Assembly: GCA_003344405.1 (NCBI GenBank)
Contig: NOWV01000106.1
Location: forward strand, 62,001 to 126,000
Length of the DNA stretch: 64,000 nucleotides
Source of the DNA: Trichoplax sp. H2
Taxonomy: Eukaryota
Reading direction: 5' to 3'
Of the stretch, positions 24,341-36,800 are shown one piece after another. Both the position numbers and the translations under genes were made by a program. The notes beneath the pieces were generated by a model. The model ran no database searches, was not told where the DNA came from, and was given only the letters and a program-made list of their open reading frames with translations. The stretch's first letter is position 1; each line of letters opens with the position of its first letter.

Positions 24341-27300
24341 TTAAGTATCATACAAATCTTATAGGCTTCGTAAATTCTAATTTAAATCTATCTAATCGAA
24401 ATAAACTTTGCTTATTTTATAGACATTACGTGAATGGTTCCAGTAATGCAGAAAAATATACTAAAGTATAGCATAAAAGCGAAAATTTATACGATTTGTA
24501 ACATGCCAAAGTTTGATGAATACGCTTACATTTTACCAAAACAAATTTACTTTATTCGTAAATCTTAATTTCTTAATTTCAAGTTATTATAATTTATTAT
24601 CAATAAAAAAATTTGAAGCTGGATTCAAAACATTGTACCTTTTATTGTTAATCCAAGAACATTGAATAACACGTTTATATTTTGAAATAAAGATGTATTA
24701 TGCATGTTGAATTCTTTTAATTGATTATAACTATCTTATCTTCAAAATCTATCAATTAAAACTTGATACAATTGAACTAGCATTTTTTGATAGTTAATTA
24801 GAAACAATAATTTGAAATCCTTCGGTCTATTACGTAAATTATTTCAATAATGTCTGAGTAGAGAGAAAAATTATTTACTACATCCGCATTATTTCTTACC
24901 ACATCGCAGTATGAAAGTAAGATAAAAAATTTTTAAATAATCACTATAGAGGAACAAATGGTATATTCAGTCTGCTGTATCAATACCAAGGCGTCAAAAT
25001 AGCAGTACATTGAAGTTACAATATAAAGATCTTTATATATGTATATTCTAGATATAAATTTCTTCTCTTTAATGACAGCAACGATACATTTTGATTTGAT
25101 AATCTTTTATCTTCGTTGCTAGAAACAATCACTATTAAAAAATTTGCTATCCATGTAACCTAGATAATAACAAATATGAAACTATATGTCGTATTTTTGA
25201 AAGATCAAATTTTTTCCTTTATCAATATTACATCAACAGAAGTATAGTACGTATACTCATATATATATGAGAATGTTAGATAATTACATATGAACCATAA
25301 ATAACGCTTTCGTTATTGTATTCGAGAAATAAGCAAATTTTTTATTTTTCTAACTAAAGTTAAATATATAATTTATACTGACTAATGTTAATAAGGTCTA
25401 GTGCAAGGCAACCCTGAGTGAAATTATCATGCTATTTAATAAGATATAAAAATAAATTAAAGTAATAGTATTTAATCATAACTTACGGTTAGTATTAATT
25501 TGCATATGCATCTTTGAATTTTATTTAACTTTATTTACCATCACCATAACCTTATATAATCAAATAACATAATATGTAATAATTGAATTTTTGCATTTTT
25601 AAATGAAGTGACCATTGTTAATGAGAACAACGGACCCTTGTTTTTAACATAATCAATAGCTATTAATTATTATTTTTTCTGAGTGGAATTTGGTGCTACT
25701 AAACTTTTTGAGTTCGTTAAATATCAAGCACATTGATTAATACCAGTAATTATGATTTACTATCTCTTTGTGCTAGTAATAGTATAATACGATAAGGAAA
25801 GCATCACTAAGAGAATTTAATACTGATTTCGATAGACATTCTAACTTTTGCTTTTAGAACTAAATAGTTGGATAAATTAATTAAATTCATATTAAGGCGG
25901 CGAAATATCCTATGCCTAGATCAAAGCGATAACTGTCTCTACCTTGTATTATATTTGATATTCAAACAATACCAATCATTTAACAAGTAAATACATTTTA
26001 TTACTGTAGAGATAAAAAAATGCCGATCAGCTACTGACTCCTTGTCGTATAAATACACTGTTAATTTATTTATTTTTATTATATCCAATTTGTCAATAGA
26101 GTGCTAAAATATCAACACTATAACCGATAAGGTCGATATCTTATATAGTCTAAAAAAAGGTACGCAAAGCTTATTTACTCTAGAATAATACTTGTACAGA
26201 CGTTAATCAAAACATAATGTTTTGCCTGAAGGAATTTGAATCCATTTCGTAGTATGAATTATTAATATTTTAAGTCTCATTGAAATACATCAGATAACAA
26301 AATTGGCTTTATATGATTATGACGTTAATCATTATGGATAATATGTGAGCTTTAAGGACTAAATTTTAACCACTATTGCAGAATATCTTACAATTTTACA
26401 TTAATAAGTGATAAGGAAATGTTTATTCGGATATGTTACGCACCGCAGATAAATGGATTTTATGCCTACACCTGTGCTAATAAACAATAATTAAGAGGTT
26501 TTGATCATCACTGGTTCAATGAACGGCTAAAGGGTTCGATAGTTCAAATTTTTAGAGACTTACGTTCAAGGCAATTCTCTATTTTTAAGCTATATTATCA
26601 CGATATCATTTATTATATTTATCGTACTCATTTAGTTTAATATATATATATAATGTTTTAAGAATCAAGTCAAAGATTACATCCCTTTTAGTTATAGCTA
26701 ATATTATTATCTTGTTATGATTATGATCATATAAGTTATAGCTACCAAAAATTCCAGCTAAGATAAAGAATTTAAATTTTTTGTATGTAAAATATAATTG
26801 CTTTAATCAAATTAAAGAGATCCCTATTTTCAGCTTCATTTCCTCTTTTCTATTGTAGACTATCGATGCTCTACAATTGCTTGATGTGATATACATTACA
26901 TATTACTTAATAACATTTTTTAAATAATTAATAAGTCAGATAAATTTTGGCTTTCTATTTTGGGGTTAGGCATGCGACAAAGATTATAATGAAGAAACAG
27001 TCAAAATGATAAAGTGATTTAATTAAATTTCTATTCAGCCCTGTATAAAATGTTATTCATTTCTCTATTAGAATTCCATTTCTTGCAATACATGTATACC
27101 AATAGATACAAACTTTCGATATCGGTATAAATAAAATATATAAAGTATATATATACACTTTTATAGATTTCAAGATAACAAACACTAATCACTATATCAT
27201 TAAAGTATAGTAAAGGATACTAATCATATAGAGTCCTTGCATTAGTTTTATATGCATTCTATATAAAATTTTAATTACAAGAAATAACGAATATCAATCA

Positions 27301-29365
27301 TCATACTATATTAAATATAGAAAAAGTTACTTATTAAAAGCTAGAATTACATCTTCCTGTATGCCACAATGTTTACTTCATAATCATTAGAATCTGATAT
27401 CGGTGATATTGAATAAAGTTCTTGCCGCACTATTCAATATTTCTAAATGAAAATTTGAATAGAATCTTAACATCTCAACATTTTACGTCTCGACGACATT
27501 TTCTGTAATATAGGATGATCTAGATAATAGAATGTTTTGATGTATTTATACGTGGTAAGCTCGCCTTCGCGATCTCTAGTTCAAAAAGAAAAACTTCAAA
27601 AACTATCGTTATTCTTCATTGTTATAACTCTCTAAACAACAATAATCATGATGTCTAAGATATGGCGAGAGTCCGAATTAACGCCGATTCCTTCTGTCGA
27701 CGACAACAATTGATACTGTTGAATGTTTTATCCAGTCTTTTCTATCGCTTGTATTTTTGTCGCTAATGTTAGTCTGCTAGACTCGCTTATCATTATTTGA
27801 TGTCAAAACTAACGTCATAAGATACTGTCCTATTCTACTTCATTTTTTCTTGTATCTGTTTAAACTTCTACGTGTAACTCATAGAGAAACCAAGGTCGCA
27901 TCTCCATGCATGCACCTTTAATAGAGAAATACAGACTTGAATACTTTAATGATATTCAGGACTAGAATTAACCAATTCCACTGAATTTAAATGATGGTGC
28001 CATAACTAAGATATCGATTTAATTTACGTTACCAGATGTGCACTCAAATATGAGCTAAAGATATTTCCTGACCGGATTTGTACGACGACAAAAATCATGA
28101 TATACTACCCTATCGAGCGCTATGATAGTGTATATCCTGTTGAGTAATTGACATAAATAAATAACAACGTCTGCAGTGATAAGATAACAATAATTTAAGC
28201 TAAAATTGACAATAATAATTTTATTCATTCAATTCGTATGAGGAGAAGGTCAATTTAATTTCTTGATTGACATCTTGACGTAGAAAGAATCTTGCTATAA
28301 TTTAAATGCAGTAGATACTCTTTCTATATATATCTACAATTCATTGTCAATTGAATGGGGAGAAGAAATAAAAAGGAGAAAAAAGGATAGTAAATATAAA
28401 GTAATTAAATTAGATTAAAATTTATTGACATTACTGGAAATTGAACAATGCAAAATGAGCTTGGATAAAATCAACAAAATAAAATTGCATCTGATCGATA
28501 CAACGGTAGATCTATCGATTACTTTCAAATGGGTATAATATACTGTATATATACTTACGTACATTGATATATATTTGATCAACAGGATACAAGATAGTCA
28601 TTAGCTGTACTGATAGATTTCTAAAAGGTTGTTTTGCCAAATTAGAAGGGTGAAATGAATATTATTTCAACTTTGACTAATAGTAGTCCAACTTCGGAAT
28701 ATATCTATCAGCATTAATTAAGGTAAAAGAATATTTTAAGTATTGGATTCATTTTTTGTGTAATTTTTCCTATTTATTACATAATTTATCGAAGCCTTGG
28801 TAAATTGAATATTAATTCATTCTTTTCCAGTCCAGTTGAGTCTATTACTAGTAATCGATGCACAAAGTCTGCTTTTAGTAAATGTTCTACATTAATATTA
28901 ACATCATCATTTTTCTCTTCTAAAAATTCTATCGTCAAGCTTTTGTAGTTTGTAGCGGCAATTGTTGAATATTATTAAATTGAGTAACTGCAACTAACGG
29001 TGCTTTTTGTTTTTGCTATCATTTCATTAAGAAAAATTTTACTTACATTATTCGATTAAGTTTTCAATTCTCCATCGCCTTTCACTAGAAAGATTAAAAA
29101 TTTTTATTAAATTGCAATTGATGTAATGATTCAATTTCTACGTGATTACTCCCATCCAATCGGATCGATTTTAACATTGCTATATATGTACTAGTATATC
29201 ACAGTAATACAAAGTTCCGCAGTTACTGTTATTATTAGTAATATTATTATTGTTGCAATCAATGTCCTTATTATCCATACACTATTTGATAATTTTATTT
29301 TCATCAATAACAAATACACTCGATTAATCGATTAAACACTATTCTCGAAGGATCAACATTTTAAT

Positions 29366-30883
29366 ATGGAAAGCGGCAATTATAGCATGGATTATAATAC
29401 AACTATTCTCCTATCAGATTTAACATCGATTCCATCATTATTATCTAATCAGAAGCAACCAATGCAAAAGCAATCACCATTAGATTGGCGGATTATCTTT
29501 GGTGTCACTATCTTTGTAACTGCTCTAGTTGGCAATTTAATATTAATGGCACTGATACTATTTGATCGTCAACTGCGTAAATTAGAGCATGTGCCTATTG
29601 CAAGTTTATGTGTTGTCAATATCTTGACAGCTGTTATGATTATCATGCCCTTTTTTATGTTTTTAATCCATCGCAAATGGGTACTTGGCCAAGCATGGTG
29701 CTACTTATGGAATCCTATGGGATACTTTCTACCATCGACAGGCATCTTTCATTATATGATTATTTCAATTGATCGTTATCTACGAGTTACTCGTCCATTA
29801 GAAGTAACTAAAACAAAAACCAAGCGCCTACTGATATTGCAACTGATATTATCATGGATTATACCAGCGATTGTATCTTATTTGCCTGAGATGATATGGA
29901 GGCAATTCGATTTTACTTATTCCTATCGATGTTATTATAAATATCATAGGAACAATATGTTAATTTATAACAGTGTAGTTGTTACAGTTTTATTTGGCCT
30001 ACCATTATTCGTAACAACGGCTATTTATATTAAACTAACTCGAATAGCATTAGGGCATAGTCGTACAATAAAGCTACAACGTCTATCGATTGCATCGCAA
30101 CAGTCACAAGAAAAAAGTACCAGAAAGTTACGACATCAAAGTAAAGGAGAAATTATTTTAGCATTTCTTTTATTAGCCTTTGTAATTTGCTGGCTACCAA
30201 CCTTAATTTATGCTTTAGTCTCTTCCATAACTTATCCAAAAGATCCCAGTAGAAAGATACCATGGCTTTATCCAATGTTGCTTGTTATCAACTTCTGCTA
30301 TCCAACTGTTAATCCTATTATGTTTGGGTTGTTATATAGACCGGTTAGAAGAGCCCTAGTGAAGCAATATTGTAAAGTTTGCCGATTTAATACATTCATG
30401 GACCGTACAACAACTATGATGAGTTCAATATCACGATCCAGTATAGCAATGAAAAATAGTAATAGCTTAAGTAACAGTCAAGATAGACGAGTATTACGTC
30501 GACTAAGATCATCTAATAGTAGTTTTAATCCATCTGATACATTAAGTAGCATTAGAGATCATAAAAGACCAAGTTCATCTTGCAAAGATAACATTTCTTA
30601 CAGCAATAAATCATCACCAGGGCCTTGTAGTCCTACAACTGCACTATATCGACCTTTTCCCAAGACAATTATTGATCAATCTAGCATATATATCCGTGAA
30701 AATGTCGGAGAAAATGTGACTAATCGTCTACAGTATCATCAACAGAAAGCTAATCGTCAAACAAATGGGAATCACTCGTATAAAAATTCTCATTCTTCAT
30801 CGACATCTTCTGGTAGCATGCAATATGTAGATATTAACGATAATATGTTCTATAATGATTATAATCAAGAAACGAATGTATGA
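29366..30883 (+). CDS. Rhodopsin-class (class A) orphan GPCR, aminergic-like, single coding exon, 505 aa
   Basis: Seven hydrophobic segments with GN (TM1), WVLGQAWC (ECL1/TM3), SIDRY, TM4 Trp, FGLP (TM5), FVICWLP (TM6) and NPIMF (TM7). N-terminal sequons NYS and NTT. Long Ser-rich C-tail ending ETNV. Confidence 0.95.
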   Translation: MESGNYSMDYNTTILLSDLTSIPSLLSNQKQPMQKQSPLDWRIIFGVTIFVTALVGNLILMALILFDRQLRKLEHVPIASLCVVNILTAVMIIMPFFMFLIHRKWVLGQAWCYLWNPMGYFLPSTGIFHYMIISIDRYLRVTRPLEVTKTKTKRLLILQLILSWIIPAIVSYLPEMIWRQFDFTYSYRCYYKYHRNNMLIYNSVVVTVLFGLPLFVTTAIYIKLTRIALGHSRTIKLQRLSIASQQSQEKSTRKLRHQSKGEIILAFLLLAFVICWLPTLIYALVSSITYPKDPSRKIPWLYPMLLVINFCYPTVNPIMFGLLYRPVRRALVKQYCKVCRFNTFMDRTTTMMSSISRSSIAMKNSNSLSNSQDRRVLRRLRSSNSSFNPSDTLSSIRDHKRPSSSCKDNISYSNKSSPGPCSPTTALYRPFPKTIIDQSSIYIRENVGENVTNRLQYHQQKANRQTNGNHSYKNSHSSSTSSGSMQYVDINDNMFYNDYNQETNV

Positions 30884-33800
30884 GTATGTTTCGCCCACAT
30901 TGTCCTTATAGCGCTAGAGTTGCAGAATAGTATAATTATCGCTAAATACTAGTGCTATATTACGGTAACATTATATAATTATATACTATTATTAATACTA
31001 TTCTAATTACTGAGAGATTAAACTGATTTTAGCAAAAGCTATTATTTAAAGGACAAACTTAATCCGGGCATTATAGTTTATCTTCAGTACGCAATAAGTT
31101 AGCCTTTTGTGATTGATTTTAACTATTCAATTATAATTTAATAACATCACTGCCTTTAAATATCTATCTGATTCAAGTTATTTATTGCAAATGCTACTCT
31201 TAAATGTCCCATTCCATTTTAATATGATTATTGAGAGGCTTTACCAAAAAAACTACCGTTAAAGATGGAGTAAAATTTTCTTTAATTTACTCTATTGTGT
31301 TTAGCAGAACAATGGTCTATTTGTAAAGCTAATGTATATTTAGTAAGATGGCTAAAATTCATTTCGTAGTATGGCAGTGTATCAAACGAATAATATAGTA
31401 GCAATGACTGATAAGTTGAAGAAAATATCAAGATAACCTGGATTGATCATTTCATTTGAGATAAATTGATATCGTTTATTTACTTAATTACAGGTAACTT
31501 AATTCGAATGTTTCTTTTATTGATCAGTTTTTAGATTTCTATCTACTTTAATAATTATTTGATTGCAGTATTGATTGTATCTTCATCTGTATTCATAAGA
31601 AAGAAGCATAATAGTAAAAATTGATTGTGGGGCACCGTAAGACACTACATAGATCTATCTGCTACACCAAATTAACCCAGCTGTAAACTTTTAAATTGCC
31701 TATCTATATCTAAAGCGTATTGTTACTTTCGTAATGAAAAATCTAAATAACGTGGTCAATATCATTCACAATATCGGTTTAATTAAAAATAAAAGATCAT
31801 GATTGTTTATTTACTTATTATTGTAGACATCAAAGTAAACGCCAATAGTACAATTTAATCAACCATATCACTATAATTGCCTAATGGAGTTAGCGTTATA
31901 TTTCAGTTGATGTTCTCGATCATGAGAAATGTTTTCATGATCTACTTTTTAGCGATATATCATTGTTTTTATCCTCATCTTCGATTTAACCGTAGTTATT
32001 TGTAACTAACTGACAACATTTCATTAGGTTTTATTTGTTGCCAGTTTAACCCGCATGCCATGCCGTGCGAATGAGATTTTCAGGTAATTATAATATTACT
32101 TGGCGCTACATTCAGCACACATTCATTTCTATAGCTCGTTACTCGGCTGATAGAAAAAAGAATTAATATGCTGGAATACTCTTAGCGAAATTTCTATTAT
32201 TGCTTACTTACAGTTATAACCTCAACAAACTAACTCTTTCCTTTTCACTATGTGATAATTTATTTCCGTACTCCCATTACAATTAAAGTCATGTTAATCA
32301 AGTTATTCACTTACTAAAATTATCCAGTCTTATAATTAGTAAAATCTAATACTGATACTTTAACGTTATACTGTCGCTGTTTGCTGCAACCAAGAATTTT
32401 GGTACAAGAAAGACATCATTGTTACCAAGGGAGAGATCTCTTTCTGGTAGGCCACATTGTAATCAAGCAAAATCTTGATTGAATTTTCTCACTAAATTTT
32501 ATGTCGTAATTACTGACCAATGTTGATATTATTATTGTAGTTTAAATATTTCTTGAAATATCACTCTACAATGGTTTTAATTTATCAATAGTAGGAGGAA
32601 CACTAGCCATAACATGAATAATAATTAATAATCGATTAATATAAAAAATGTAATTATTTATTTAATCAATTTAGTTTAATCATGTTGGAATTAATTGCAC
32701 CACACCGTCACGTAGAGAATAATATCACCTATGTCCATTGTGTATGTATATTAAATATTGTTTTTAAATATAAATGTCAGGGTAATACTGGTAGTTATAA
32801 GTTTTTCGTTGCAGAAATTGTGGTTAGCTACAAGATAACTCCTACTTTACGCTATAATACAGTACATGAGGATAGGTTGCGATTTTGGTTATATACCGCA
32901 CATATGCCGGTAGATTATTCTCAGCTACTGACTTATGTAAGGCAGAATTGATCTACGCTGGATGACTATCTCTTTGTATATTCTACTAATGTTACCTTGA
33001 AAATCTGCATCTCTTACTTTCCTTTTTCTCTCCAGATGGATTATCTTTATAGCCTAATAAACTGTCACTTTAAAGATTTTTGTCCAAAACTTCATTCCGT
33101 TATCTCCCAAAATTAATTCTTTAGAGGGCAAAGAACCGGAAGTAGTCTATTAAGTTGAATAACTATCTAGCGGCACCGGCCGCTATCGGCATCTATTTCT
33201 CTCAATAGTTTTGTTCAAATACCATTCTAGCTAAGGAATTCCCCTTTAAAATATTTTTTAGTAATTCCTGATAGTTGTTGCTACTGTGTCGCCATATTAT
33301 TACAAAAGTAATTGTACTCTACGCCAATGTAATAGGACAGATTGCACATAAATAAATTGCTGAATCATGGACTAAATAACGCATTCATTTGAGCATATAC
33401 TAAAGTAGCAGTAATGCTTACCATAGAGAAGTGAAGTATCGAGAAAGTATATACCTAGCGCATACTGTGGCATAGAATCATTATTAGTTGAATAAACAGT
33501 AGCTATGAACTTGACAAGAAAATTTGTGATGTTGCGTTGTTAAAAGGCAGTACATTAATCAAAGCTTTATATGTCATAGGTTAGTGATGTTTACTATATT
33601 TATTCTAATGTCAAGTATCATTCTTATATCATGTTAGCCTATCCACATACATCTAACTCATTTGGGCATCTTAAATTCGACATAAAATATATCTTCGTAA
33701 AGAGTAGATGATTTCCAGTCATTTTTATTAATTCTGACCTCGGTCGTGTGTAAATTCTTATTAATTAGTAAATCTGTATGTTGTTATTTTCTCCACTCTT

Positions 33801-36800
33801 CTCGTAATAAAATTTTTTTTACCTCTAAATACGTTATAATTTACTGGCTATGTAGCTTGTATAAGTACACACAGAATCCAATACGATAGCTGTACTTTAT
33901 CACTTTACTTGCAGATTCCATATTACAATTATCAAGTCTTAAATTACCATTACATTGAGTCATTGAGGTGATGAGTGCATCATTTACCTTATACATACGA
34001 TGTGCAAAATAGAGGTTCATGGAGATTTGAAATGTGCAGTATCGTAAAATAAGTAACTACAACTAGCTACAGGCAAAATTAGGTGATTACAATATCAAAT
34101 ATTAAACTGTCGTTCAGATTTCTTTAAAAATGTTATTCTAACTAGGCCCTTACATGACAGCTAGGCACCTTTCAATATTTATTATTTTAAAAAACTATTC
34201 GATATTAGAATATCCGTAATCATACCGATTAAAATATCTAGATAGAATACGAGTACATATATATCTGAGCTCAAAGAAAGAATAAATAAAGATTTCTGAT
34301 TGCTATCTTACATCACTGGTTCATGTAAACATATCGATTCGAATGTTTTAGAATGCTACGTACTCTCCTGCAATTATTACCTTTAAAACTGTTATTTATG
34401 ATGCTATGATCACTTAATGGTTATGAAATAGATGGTTTGATAAGATCATTTGTTTTCGATTAATGCAAACTAAACAAATATGAAAGGAAATTTAAATCCA
34501 GTTTATATAATAGCACTAGCATTGGACACCATCCTCAGAGATTCAAGTAGTTAGGTTATTTATATTAACTAATACTCGCATAATGACATGTAGTAAAGAC
34601 CACGTACAATTAGAAATAGTCTGTGAGACTTAAATTGGTTTTACTTAGTTGAGACTAATATCAACGATCTGATTGTAATGTCTAGATTACGAATACCACT
34701 TTCTTCTAGACTATTTTTTCTCACCAAAAATTAACACGTACTATACTGTACTATTAACGATACCTTAGCTGACTACTAAATCTTAACCTTATAGAGAGGT
34801 AGTAATATATAATAGAAATTTTTAAAATTAAATGATATTTAGCGTTTTCATTCGTTAGCACAATTAATACGATTGAAATATAGGGAGAGATACTTTCCCT
34901 TTCTGTTATTTAAAATATTTTGTATAATCGCAGCATCGTAATATGGGAAATTAAAGCAGCTGAGGAACTAGTTTTAAAAAGAATTTTGAAACATAGGATT
35001 GCAATGCTAAAATCAACCAATTATCAAAGCTTTAATCTTAAAAGTGCACATAATGATTCTTCAAATAGCTCGAAGACAAGAATACCTTATCTAAATACCT
35101 CCACAAAACAAAAACTTCTTTCCCCCTCCAGCCTACACTACTCTAATTGTAGGAATATTATGTTGGCTTTAGGATATAATTTATTATAACTAATTCTATG
35201 CTGTTATTAGTAGTTGTATACAGTATATCTTTAACAATGCCTCCCTAACAATTTCTCTCATAAATCTAGCTATCTCTAGTCATTGTTATATCTTTCATGC
35301 AATGTGATAAGAAATCATTGACTTTTAAAAGCGAGCCCACTTTCTTAAAATATGAATACCCAATCACAATAAAGTTATGACATTCTATTGATTTTTCTAA
35401 TTCCTTTAAACTTATATTTCTCATTACAATAACATTACCCAATACCGTTTTCTGCTTAAATAAACTAAGAGCTATTCTAGACTCTACGCAATTTGTTGCA
35501 GAGAGGGTGGGTAGAAATAAACTTTCGTTACAGAAGATTATGATAGTCTAAATCTTTGTATCCTGCTGTTAAAGTACCGTAATAATGATGAATCCTATCA
35601 GGAGGTAAATCTGATATTAGTGATATACAGACGTTGTAGTTACCCTAATGCAGCTGAGTTTATCAATAAGTAATTAGATTAATTTTAGATGCATTATCTC
35701 TTTGCACTGACAGGTAAACTAATGATAGCAAGATTGCAGGTATTGCTGTGATATTATAACAAATGATCTAATTACAATAAATGAAAACAAAATTATATAA
35801 GATTTTAATACCTATACGATCTTTTCAGTCGAGATGGTATCGCAGTTCCATTTAAGACAACAGATGTATGCAATATTATTTACCAGACTTCAAAATCAAC
35901 CAGGATTCTTTCAGGTTGTTAACTTTCTGTTTAAGAATAAAGTTTCTAACATAGAAACTTATAGCTAACTCAATCGTTATAGTAATAGTTGAGAACGGAG
36001 ACTTTCTAAAATGATTTGGTGAAAAAATGGCTAATGCCAGGCAATAACAGCAAATAGATTCCTTTATTAATTACGTTTTGTAGACATTATGAATATATTT
36101 TACAAAACAGAATTAAAAATTCTCCATAATTATGTAGTCAAAACTTCTCAGAATATGTTATAGTCTTAATTACGGCACCTTATCAGTGATTCATATAACG
36201 AATATAAAATAACAAACTAACTTTACTACATTTAGGATACTAAGCTACTAATGATGAAAGATACTACATATGTGAGGGTTGCATCTCCTTCTCTAAAGTT
36301 TACGTACGTCTTGGTTAATTATCAGTACGATCAATAAAAAAATAAGCAAAAAATCTCTAATTATTGTTTTGCCATACGTAAGTGGTTGAGCAGTTTATAG
36401 TTATGGCACTTAGATATAAATTCTCATTATTTCTAATAAATTGATCTTTATGATTTATACCGATTATTATGTAAGTATGTTTGCATCTTTAATTTATTTG
36501 GCATATTCATAGTTTATTTGCGTTTAGTAGGTAAAAAATAATAAGTATTCATTTTTGGCATAGTTTACAGACCTTACGTTACACCTAGAAAAATGTGTTT
36601 TCAATATATCCGTATAATTTATTTCTAGAAACTATTCTAATTAATTATCATATAAGGACATATTTGTTACTGTTTTACGAACGTTTATTCTAATATTTTG
36701 ATTTATACTTCTTGACATTCTTGAATAATTACTCTAGGAATATGCTCGTATGTTCCTGTGATAAGTAAATGTTTTTTGAATATTCATAACTTGTCGGCTT

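Noticed and set aside
23853-35189. Short ORFs 23853-24062, 32682-32951 and 34920-35189 in the gene-free tracts
   Set aside because: AT-rich random-like composition, no motifs and no supporting exon chain.
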